From Chloropicon primus (Eukaryota): a DNA stretch of 64,000 nt. Shown here in pieces: positions 43,286 through 52,975 of this stretch. The notes under the pieces were generated by a model. That model made no database searches and was not told the origin of the DNA. It saw only the letters and a list, made by a program, of their open reading frames with translations. The stretch lies in assembly GCA_023205875.1 (NCBI GenBank), contig CP060757.1, forward strand, positions 806,001 through 870,000. Direction: 5' to 3'. How positions within the stretch are numbered: position 1 is the first letter of the stretch; every line of letters starts with the position of its first letter. Both the position numbers and the translations under genes were made by a program.

Positions 43286-45906
43286 TTACGGCGTCCCTAT
43301 GAGAGAGTCTCCCAGATCCTTTGTCTTCGAGAACGACCCGAAAGAAGGACTCCTGCTCAGTTTCCCATAGCTGTTTGTTCTGCTCAAGTGTTTCACCTCG
43401 GGGTACTGTGCTTCTACGTGCTCTGGCACAATGTCTTTCCTCGTAATAACGCCCAAGACACCAGTGGCCTTTGGAACGACACACAAATGCCGAAGGCCCA
43501 GCCCCCGGAACAGCTGGTACACCTTTGCAAGGCTCATATCCTCCTGCACGGCGTAGGTGGAGGTGTTCACGAACTGTTTCAGGTCGACATACATGTTCTG
43601 CTCCTCGTCCGTCAACCTGATCTCATCGAGCTTCACTCCTTGCGATGAAATAGGCTTCGTGAATTCCGTGAGGTCGTACTGGAACGCCAGAACTGGGTCG
43701 ACCACTTCACTTGGATCCTTCATGAAACTGATCTTCTTTTTCAACACCACCAGCAGATGGTTCCTGAGCACAATACCCAACAAGGTACTGGTTTCGTTGG
43801 TGACTCTATCGGTGGGGTGCGCCTCGACAACGGGGAATCCGTTGTGGGTGTGGGACTTGAGCACGTCCAGGATGAATCCTACTTTTTCGACGCGACCGAA
43901 TTGGACACACGTCTTGCTCTTCGCGTCCGAGGCACTGAGGTGCCTGAAGTACCTCTCTGAGGAGTGCTCCAGCAGCGGAATTTTCTTGATATGGATGTGG
44001 AGGTCGTAAATTGGCAGGATTCCAGTCAAATCAGCCACGGCTTTTGAGACCAACAACACAAACATCACCAAGGGCAGCAAGCTCAGATTATTCGTCAGCT
44101 CGAGAATGATTACGCACATGGAGACGGTCATTCTCATGGCACCGGCGATGAAAGAGGCTGCGCCCAGAAGAGCATAAGTGCCTTCCTTGATCTCTGCGTT
44201 TCCTGTTATGCTCGTCATGAGCATGCCCACGAGCCTGCCGTAAGCCGCACCGCACAAAATGGAGGGAACAAAGAGTCCCGAGGGGACCGAAATGCCATAG
44301 GTGATCACCGCCAGAACGAAAAAGAAGCAAAAGAACGTCACGAGTGCGGTTGGAGAGTACTCCTGCTCCATTTCGCTGGAGAGCAAATTTCTTATGGCAT
44401 CGTCCTGCGTGTTGAAGAAGATGGTCGCAAGGTCATTGTACTGATTGTCTCCGGGGCAAGTGAACTTGACGAAGTTTCCGTAATGAACTCCCGCTGGCCT
44501 GGGGCAAGTCGCGATGTCCGGATCACACTCCCTACAAGAAAAAGCGAGAGGCAGGCAGAACTGGAACGTAGACGTGATGAATGCCACGAGCATGGCCTCG
44601 ATCACTTTGACATGCCTTCTGCTGCTGTGGTGGTTCTTGTACAAGTACTTGATTCGCCACTGGGTCAGCTTGCCATTCACGTAGTTGAACGAGCTTCCAA
44701 GGAGGCCGCCGAGCGTGCCAAGGATCAACACCGGGAGCAGCTCGTAGATCCAGTACTCTGACTGCCCGTCGTTGATGTCGAATATGATGAAGCCCCCTCC
44801 CCCGAAGAAACCGCAATCGCTTTCTCCCTTGCACGCGTTCATGAGGGCCCGGATGGTGACACTGACCACGGCAGTGGTGAAGAATGTCCGCCACGTCAAC
44901 TGCGGCCTCCAGAAGCTCGCCGCCTCTTCGATGGCGAACAGGACGCCGCCCACCGGGGCTCTGAAAGCCGCGGCAACGCCCGCACAGGCCCCGCAGGTCA
45001 CGAGGTCTCTCCTGTCCCTATCGTTGTTGAACTCCCGGAACCATTTCGGGGACAGGTGGACCCTCTTCGACCCGCCTTGCGAGAGGAGGGCAGCAATGCA
45101 CGAGCCCGTGTGCACGAGGGGTCCCTCCTTTCCTACAGCCAGGCCGCCAGCAACGCTCCCTACGCTGCCCACGACCTTTCCGACCAGCGTGCGGAAGAGG
45201 AGTATCCCCGGCAGGTCGATGCCGTTGAGGTAACACCTTCGAATACGAGGAAGAACAGGAAGAAGCACGCACTTGTCAGAGCGGTGGCTCGGACGAAAAC
45301 GTCACTCGTGACGAGTAACTCGTCCTCTGATCGACACACACACACACGCACACAAGAAAAAACTTACTTGACCTCCGGAATGCCGCTGCCAGTGGCCTGG
45401 GGGGCGAAGTAAGTCACGATGCAAGCGCTCGAGGCGACCAGCAAGACGTTGAAGATCATGTACAAGAAGTACGCGCCCGCAGAGCTGCTTGCCATGGCCT
45501 GAATAGTCCAGCTGAACTTCAGGCCCGCCAAGTTCTCGACCATAAGGTTGATGAGAAAGGCCGTCGTCGCCGTTCCCACCCCCACGACGAGAGCGAGGGC
45601 CCACTTGAGGGCAAGGTATCGATACTGGTGCCACGTAGCTCGCTTGGCTTGTTCCGCACGGTAAACGGAGTGCTCAGCGATCTCGTAATCCAGGCTCTCT
45701 GTCGCCTTCTTCTTATCGGGAACCCTCCTTCTGAAGACGCCCATCGGCGCCATGGACGAGCTTCCATCCACGCCAGACGACGACGCGTTCGTTTCGCCGA
45801 ACCCGAACAGAGTCCCAGAGTCCTCCTCCACGATCCCGCCGCTTCCCAGGTCCTCCTCGCTCTCGGGCCTCCGGCCCCCTCTCTTGTACGCGTCGCCGCC
45901 CACCAT
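43286..45906 (-). CDS. CLC: CLC chloride/proton exchanger with CBS domains; exons 45906-45368, 45236-43286
   Basis: GSGIPE, GKEGP, GGVLFAIEE, PSGLFVP, HNGFPVV, LFRGLGLRHL. Confidence 0.95.
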
Positions 45907-46128
45907 GTTGAGCTCCGCTGGGCAGAGTAACGGCCAAACCTCGGATCCCGAGGCTCGGAAAATAAACGTCTCGACATGATGCGAGGACAAGGGGTGATGC
46001 GGAGAAGGACGGACGCTCTGCGACCGAAACAAGTCGAAGGCTTTGGATTTGGATTGGATCGGATTCTGTACTCTTTATTACAATTGTCTCTTGTCTCAAA
46101 AAGCCTTGCTGTGCTGCGCACCGTCCGA

Positions 46129-48702
46129 TCAGGTGCTTGGCTTGGAGGAGGAGGCCAGGAAGCTCTTCGTGACGTTCTTCAGCATCTCGATCTCCGTGCT
46201 GCTCGCCGCTTCCCTCTCCTCGTCCAGCTTGGATTCTCTTGGGCTGAAAATCTCTTTCCCTGGGGAGAGGACCTCCTCGTTGAGGGCGGCCTCGGCGGTC
46301 TTGGGGGGCTCGAGGCTCGCGGGCTCGGCGGAGCCCACCGGGGACCTCTTCCTCTGGGCTTGGGTCGGCATCACGGAGGACATCATGTACCTCAGCATGT
46401 TGCCAAAGGGAGCCTCGACGCAGAGGTAGCACGCCAGACTCAAGGCGTAAGCGCCGACGACAAAGACCACCCAGTAGGACAGCATCGTCCAGGTGTTGTA
46501 GTACACCGGGTGGTTGATGAGGCTCTGCGTCGTGACGTCCTGGATGACGATGCCGATCAAGTACGCGCAGAACGTAAGCTTGGCCAGAGGGGCCCAGAAG
46601 TACCCGGCGAGCAGGTCGTTCACAACCCAGCCTCGGCCAATACAGGTGATTCCGAACATCACCATGAGGCAAAAACCCCAGCCAAAGTATCTCAGAATCA
46701 TGTAGGTGTGGACCTCCTCTGGCTCCATTCCTGTCCCAGAGTTCTCCGACAAGGGGGGTAGGGTCCCTGGAGGGGTCTGCAAGTAAAAGGTTGGGGTGAA
46801 CGCCAGCAGGAGCAAGGCACCGAACGCGACCAGGAAGAGGGCGGCCAGAGCCCACGCTCTCAAGTTGGCGAAAAACCTGTAGAGCTTGAGGTTCTTCTCC
46901 TTCTTCTGAAGCTCATAGAGGAGGAGTCCCAGCAGCATGCCGAAGAGGTAGGGCGGCGCCCTGGTCCACGGGGTGATGTAGTACCTGTCAAAGTCACCGA
47001 CGCCGAGGAATTGCCACATGACGTTGTGGTTGATCACGATCCAGGCGGTGAGACCCACGGAGACGGCCATCAGCGTGAAGACGACGCCGGTTCCCATGTA
47101 CTTCCTGCACTTGTTGAAGACCGGCGTGTAGAGCCCGTAGTGGTACGTGATCAGCACGACGGGAGCGACGAAGATGTACAGCTGCATGTCGACGGCGAGG
47201 TACCAGCTCACAGGGATGCAGAAGTTTCCTTTGTTGCCGAAGGACTCGCCTCCCGGGTAGATGTTCTGGATGAACAGCAGAGTGGCCCACCAGTACTTGT
47301 CACAGGGGTTCACGTAGCTCGCATCCCAGAACAGGTGCCAGCCGGGAGCCGTGATGAGCTGGCCGATGAGCTTCCACACGGTGAACATCACGACGAGGAG
47401 CACTGGCAGGAGGCGGAGCCACCTCGCGACGCAGTACATGGACCAGAACTGGATCTCCTTCGTCCACGTCATGCTCTTCAGGCACCTCTTTCCCATCTGC
47501 TGCGAGAACTTGTAGGCGACTAGCAAGCCGCTGATGAAGAGGAAGCTGTCCACGCCCAGAACTCCGGCGTAGATCGGGAAGTACCAATCCTTGATCCACT
47601 TGTAGTTCTCCGGGTTGAAGCCCCAGTACGAGAAGTAGGACAAGTCGAAGTTGAAGAAGATCGTGCTGCCCGTGTGCCCAAGGATGATCCAGAACATCGA
47701 AAGCGTTCTCAGTCCGTTCAAGCTCCTGAGGTCGATGGTCAGGTACCTCCCCGGAGCCTCCGCCTCGAGGTCCTCGCGGTTCTGCTCCTCGATCTTGGGC
47801 TCCTTCACCAGGCCCTTCCAGTTGGGCTGCAGGTCGAAGCAGCTGACGAGCTTGAGCGCCACCCTGGACGCCACGGACCTGCCGGCGTCGCCCTCCTCCT
47901 CCCCCTCGACGGAGAAGAAGTTCCTCCTCACGCACCCGAAGATCGTGGCGAGGACGGTCAGAGCGCCCAGGGCGATCAGGAACGCCGCGACTCCGATCGC
48001 GCCGGGCGTCCAGTCCGGCAGGGTCTTCGGGTAGGTGCAAAACGTCTTGGGGGGGGTCATGGCGTAGTGCTCCGGGTTCGTCGCCGCGATCGCGGCGTTG
48101 ATGGTCGTGTTGTCGAGGGCGTCAGACACGCAGACCCCCCACTTTGTCTCCGAGTAGACCCCGGGAGGCGTGACGAGGGACACGCAGTACTGGGCCCCTT
48201 CCACGCCAATGCAAGGGTACCACTCGCCGTAGCTGTCGTAGCCCTTCGTGGCGTACGACCAAGGCCCGCTGTACTGCATCATGGTGCCGCTCTGGCCCAA
48301 GTTGGGCTCCGCGCTCGCCGTCGAGAGGGATCCGTTCGTCTCGACGGCCTTGCACCCCGAATTCAGCGTCGGAATGGCGCAGTCCGCCAATCTCTGCTGG
48401 ACCAGGGGCCTGGCGAAGGACGGAAGCTGCTCCAGCCCCTCCTGGAAAAGGTCCGCGTAGCACGGGCAACCCCAGAAGGTGCTGTTGGGTCCGAAGTACT
48501 CGTTGAGCGCCCTGCAGCACCGCTCGCCGGCTCCCGAGGCGCAGGACACCGCATCGGCGTTCTCCAGCAGGAAGCTCACGTCCCCCAACAGCTTTTCGCC
48601 GTTCACCCTGCACTCCTCCCTCGTCAGGTAGGGCACCTCCTCCTGTCCCGAGGCACTCGCCGCCCCGGTCAACACCAGCAGGAGGAATAAAAAGTGCTCC
48701 AT
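46129..48702 (-). CDS. NRF-6/OACYL-like O-acyltransferase (Acyl_transf_3) with signal peptide and Cys-rich ectodomain
   Basis: LNGLRTLSMFWIILGH, GVDSFLFISGLL, RWLRLLP, WATLLFIQN, SWYLAVDMQLY, YITPWTRAPPY, PLAKLTFCAYL, VEAPF. Confidence 0.9.
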   Translation of the reverse strand: MEHFLFLLLVLTGAASASGQEEVPYLTREECRVNGEKLLGDVSFLLENADAVSCASGAGERCCRALNEYFGPNSTFWGCPCYADLFQEGLEQLPSFARPLVQQRLADCAIPTLNSGCKAVETNGSLSTASAEPNLGQSGTMMQYSGPWSYATKGYDSYGEWYPCIGVEGAQYCVSLVTPPGVYSETKWGVCVSDALDNTTINAAIAATNPEHYAMTPPKTFCTYPKTLPDWTPGAIGVAAFLIALGALTVLATIFGCVRRNFFSVEGEEEGDAGRSVASRVALKLVSCFDLQPNWKGLVKEPKIEEQNREDLEAEAPGRYLTIDLRSLNGLRTLSMFWIILGHTGSTIFFNFDLSYFSYWGFNPENYKWIKDWYFPIYAGVLGVDSFLFISGLLVAYKFSQQMGKRCLKSMTWTKEIQFWSMYCVARWLRLLPVLLVVMFTVWKLIGQLITAPGWHLFWDASYVNPCDKYWWATLLFIQNIYPGGESFGNKGNFCIPVSWYLAVDMQLYIFVAPVVLITYHYGLYTPVFNKCRKYMGTGVVFTLMAVSVGLTAWIVINHNVMWQFLGVGDFDRYYITPWTRAPPYLFGMLLGLLLYELQKKEKNLKLYRFFANLRAWALAALFLVAFGALLLLAFTPTFYLQTPPGTLPPLSENSGTGMEPEEVHTYMILRYFGWGFCLMVMFGITCIGRGWVVNDLLAGYFWAPLAKLTFCAYLIGIVIQDVTTQSLINHPVYYNTWTMLSYWVVFVVGAYALSLACYLCVEAPFGNMLRYMMSSVMPTQAQRKRSPVGSAEPASLEPPKTAEAALNEEVLSPGKEIFSPRESKLDEEREAASSTEIEMLKNVTKSFLASSSKPST

Positions 48703-48994
48703 CTCCTCCACCGCCGCCTCGAAGGAAGGAACAAGTGGTGACTCCGCCCGTGGGTTTTCCCGCAATACCCTCCCTCTCTCTCTCTCTCTCTTTACCCTCC
48801 CTGCGCCTGCCTCGGCCGGGTGCCAAAGTCGTCGTCTCTGCCCGCCTCGATCGTGCGGCTTCAGGCGTTTCACTCAAACGCGATTCGTTCCCCTTCCCAT
48901 TTTCTAACGGCTCCCTATATTTCCATCTCGAAATTTTTATTTTCAAGAGGAGAGGAGAGGAGGAGAGGCTCTGCTCCGACTGACCAGAGGGAGG

Positions 48995-49542
48995 ATGGCG
49001 CTAGGTTGTTTGAGAAGTGCCCCGAGGAGAGGGGCTGGATGCGGGAAGGGGAGGCCGGGATGGGACACTGCCCTGGTGATGAGGAGGAAAAGGACGCAGG
49101 TCGCCGTCTCCACCTCGAGCTACTCGCAGGTGCGTCAGAGCAGCTCCGCGAGCTCGATTCGAGACCCTCCTCTCACTCCCCCATTCTCTCTCTCTCTCTC
49201 TCCCTCTCTCTCTCTCTTTCGTTCCCCCTTCGGACGCTGGTCTCGCTTGCTGACGTCGCTGACCTTGGACTCTTTTCCCCGTCTCGTTGTCTGTCTGCTT
49301 GCTTGGTTTCGTCCGCAGAGCGTGTCGAACTACGAGTTTGCCACCAGATCGCGCGAGCTGGAGAGTAAGGGAGTCGTCGTGTATGATGTGGGCTCGACGA
49401 GCACCATACTCGGAGAGGGGAGCGCTGGTTTCGAGGTTGAGGAGCTCCAGAGGTGCGTCTCGACGAGCAACTCCCTCATCTTCCCCTTCATCATGACTGC
49501 GGGGACTTTTGACGTGCTGAAGAACCATCGTGCTTGCTTGCT

Positions 49543-49582
<40 letters not shown>

Positions 49583-50389
49583 ACTTGCAGGTACCTCAAG
49601 GAAGAAGGCTTTTACACGAGTTCTTACGGAATCACGGGGTACTATGGGCCCGTCACCAAGGAGGCCGTGACCAAGTGGCAGGTGAGTGTGGTTTGGGCCG
49701 CGACGACAGGGCTCCCCCCCAGCAACCCCGCGCGCCGCCTGACAGAAGTCCTCCTCGTTTCGTCGGCCTTTCCTTTGACAGAAATCAAACGGCGTGCTGG
49801 CCACAGGTAACTTTGGGGGAATGTCCAGAGCAAAGTACCTCGAGCTCCAGGTAAGCAAGGGGTTTGGTGGGACGTCGTCCTCACTCCCTCGCAGCAACAC
49901 ACTCCAACACACCGCCTCCTCTGACGAATGAAAACGCAATCGTTTCCGCAGGAGTCCAAGGTGCGCAGGAGGGGCTTCTGGAGGAGAGGCAAGGACAGGA
50001 GCAGCAAGACCGTTTCGGCCAAGCCAGGGAAAGAGATCAAGACCCAGACCAAGTCGTTCCGGGCCAAGCCGGCCGCCGAGCCCTCCCGCGCCGTGAACGT
50101 CCAGTCTCCGGTTCAGGCCGCGGAGAGAAGGCAGGGCTTCAAGTGGGGGACCGCTCTGGTCTTCTTCGTCACCCTCATCGTGTGCTGGCAGACTCTCAGC
50201 GTCTACTTCAGGTAAGTACCGACCGTCTCCCGTGGAAAGCCCTGTCCGCGACTGACGCCGCGTGCACTTCTTCCTGTTTTCCAAAGGCAAAAGGAGGAGC
50301 GGGAGGTGAGGAGGAAGCAGATGGAGAGCGACCGAGCGGTGCAGATCTCGCGGTGGATGCGAACCATAGACACGGACAGGAAGCTCTGA
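48995..50389 (+). CDS. Probable plastid protein with a PG_binding_1 peptidoglycan-binding domain and C-terminal TM; exons 48995-49129, 49319-49452, 49591-49681, 49782-49850, 49952-50211, 50287-50389
   Basis: All five GT-AG introns are in phase. The spliced domain reads LGEGSAGFEVEELQRYLKEEGFY..ITGYYGPVTKEAVTKWQKSNGVLATGNFGGMSR; TM WGTALVFFVTLIVCW. Confidence 0.8.
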
Positions 50390-50902
50390 TGGCGCCTGGC
50401 TTCGCACCCACGCATCAAAATCACAATATGCGCGCGCGCGCGCACCAAAAAGAATAATGCCCACCAATATCCTAACGAACAATTATAAAACACGGCGTGT
50501 CTTACAACGACCACCCTACCTGGGGCTACATCAATCGCGATCGCTCGTGAGAAAGGGGCGGAAGAGTCCGAACTTCCCGACAGACCCAAAGTTCCCCCAT
50601 CGAGAAGCGAGCTCGCTTCTTGTATTTTTTCCAAGATTTGCTATAGCGTTATTTCGTTAACGAACTAGCAAATCTGTGGCCCAGGGCAGAGGCTTGAGCT
50701 TGGCGCGCGCGAGGACGGGGACGAGGGCAGCAAAGAACGAGCCCCTTTGACGGGCGCGCGACGGGGAGGGACCGAGGCGGGAGCTCGAGAGGGGAACGCA
50801 GGGTTTTTTTTTCGCTGGCCGCTGCTTTGACGAGGTTCGTTCGGACCGAAGAGAGAGAGAGAGAGAGTCGTTGTTGTTGTTGTTGTTGTTTGTCTCGCGA
50901 CC

Positions 50903-51757
50903 ATGGCGAACAAGAGGCAGGGTCAGTTCTCGTTCTGGGAGCAGACGGTGATAGGCGGGGTCAGCGGCATCATTGAGGTGTGCTGCACGCAGCCCACGGT
51001 AGCCGTGAAGAACGCGCTCCAGGAGGCGAGGCCCATCCACTTCACCCCGAGGTTCATGTACACCGGTCTGGTGGTGAATGCGGCCTCGATTGCACCGATC
51101 ACGGCAGTTCAGTTCGGGGCGAACAGGGCCCTGACCCCTTTCTTCTCGGACAAGAACGGGGTTCTGAGCCCCTTGATGAAGCTGGCGACCGCGGGAACTG
51201 CGGGCATGATCAGCTCCCTGGTCTCGGGTCCCGCGGAGCTCATCATGATTCAGCAGCAGAAGTTCGGCACCTCCATGGGCGGGACCTTCAAGTCCCTCGT
51301 GTCCCAGAAGGGCCCGACGATCATGGGCAAGGGCCTGTCCCTTGCCGCGGGAAGGGACGGGCTGTACACCTGCTTCGTCCTGGGGAGCTGCCACGTTATT
51401 ACCGCCCAGGCTCAGGAGTCCTTTGGCTTGAGCCCCTCGGCGGCCTTCACGGTAGGCGGGCTGACCTCGGGCATCGGGGCGGCCATCTTCACGCACCCCT
51501 TCGACACGATGAAGACGAGGGTCCAGGGCAACGCGCTCGAGCCGACGCAGAAGTCTATACCCGAGGTCTTCTCGTCCATCTGGAAGGAGGGCGGGGTGGG
51601 AGGCTTCTACAAGGGTTTTATCGCCAGGGGTGTCCGCCTCACGGCGGCGATGTTCATTCTGAACTTGAGCAAGTCGAAGATGGAAGAGGCGCTCGACTCG
51701 TACAAGTCCAAGAGCGAGAGCGCGGAGCAGCAGCAGGAGCCCGTGCAGATCCTCTGA
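50903..51757 (+). CDS. Mitochondrial carrier (SLC25 family), substrate unknown
   Basis: Three repeats with PTVAVKN, PAELIMI and PFDTMKTR; GFYKG. Confidence 0.92.
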   Translation: MANKRQGQFSFWEQTVIGGVSGIIEVCCTQPTVAVKNALQEARPIHFTPRFMYTGLVVNAASIAPITAVQFGANRALTPFFSDKNGVLSPLMKLATAGTAGMISSLVSGPAELIMIQQQKFGTSMGGTFKSLVSQKGPTIMGKGLSLAAGRDGLYTCFVLGSCHVITAQAQESFGLSPSAAFTVGGLTSGIGAAIFTHPFDTMKTRVQGNALEPTQKSIPEVFSSIWKEGGVGGFYKGFIARGVRLTAAMFILNLSKSKMEEALDSYKSKSESAEQQQEPVQIL

Positions 51758-52054
51758 TCGCGGTGGCCCGCGGGGCTGCGCTCTCCTCGCCGCGGGCTTG
51801 CCATCATCCCCGTGGGACTGTTAGACTAGAAAAAAGGAAAAAACCGGAGAAGACTGTGCAAAAATTCTTTTTGCGTCACCTGTAATACATTTTTATTGAC
51901 ACTCGCTCGAGGCGCGCCTCTGTCTTGTCCGTCGCGTGCTGCCTCTCGGTCGCCAGGAGGTTGGGCAAGAGTCGCCCTCCGCCCCACCGACTCCCTTGTC
52001 GGTTTGCGTCCTCCGAGGCACGCGGGCGCGCTCTCGTCTTGGAGCGTGCTGCCT

Positions 52055-52468
52055 CTACTTTGCCGGCTGCTCCTTCGTCACGTAAATGAAGAGGGAAGCC
52101 ATCGCGACACCCGGGAAGACGAGCCCGACCAGGGGCACCTGAGTTTAGGGGAGAAGAAGGGAAGAAAACGGTCAGTGAGCAGTCCGTCCAGGAAAAGTCG
52201 TTTCCGGTCGTCGTCGCGCTCCACGGGCACGTACCAGGACAGAAGGCAAGAATTCCGCTCCGGCGACCTGGCCCACTTCGTTCACGGCCGCCAGGGCAGG
52301 CGCGCTCGCGGTCAAAGCAGTCATCGCAGCGACTCCTGCTGCCACCTGGTGGGTGGTGGCCTTGCCCGAGGCCCTCTTCTTTCCAGCGGCCATCATCCTC
52401 GTCGCAACCCTCGTCGTGGAGCCCTTCGCCGCCAAACGCGGCATGCTCTTTCCGGCGCACACCTTCAT
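52055..52468 (-). CDS. psaI: Photosystem I subunit VIII, nucleus-encoded; exons 52468-52235, 52138-52055
   Basis: Spliced mature part [27 protein letters not shown]; bipartite presequence ending ..APALA. Confidence 0.92.
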
Positions 52469-52655
52469 CCTCACGCTTCTCTCTGCGAAACAACAAACAA
52501 CCCCTTCAAGTCCAAGTCGTCGTCAAGCGAAAGGTTACGATCTCTCCCCTCGATCTCCCTTATCTCTATCTCTCTCTCTCTCTCTCTGAGATCTGGCGCT
52601 GCTGATTGGTTCACGCACAGAGAGTGTACAGAGAGTATGAAGGAGTGCACATATG

Positions 52656-52688
52656 TTTTTAGGTTTTAGGTTTTTTAGGTTTTAAACC
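52656..52688. repeat. Short degenerate telomere-like (T4-6AGG)n tract
   Basis: tttttagg ttttagg ttttttagg ttttaaacc. Confidence 0.6.
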
Positions 52689-52975
52689 TTTTTCTCTTCT
52701 TTCAAAGCTGGGACGAGTTGTACGATTGGAGTGGAGTGAAGGTGATTTGTTTTAGGTGGTGATGGGAATGGGCGTCTACGAGGCAAGACGCGGCCCTGAT
52801 GCGGGGCCCTGGTGCTGCCTGACGTCAGGAGGCTCGGACGGAGTCTCGGGACCGAGAATTTCTGGGCCGGAAGCCCTGAGGTGAACTTTGGTTCTCTTGC
52901 TCATTCTATATTGAGAATACTAGAGAGGGCCCGATACTTGGAGAGGTCCTCTGAAGTCCTCTGCATCGTTCGTCG

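Noticed and set aside
45369..45395. Nitrate-selective CLC
   Set aside because: The filter is GSGIPE (Ser), not GPGIPE, and both glutamates are present: an ordinary Cl-/H+ exchanger.
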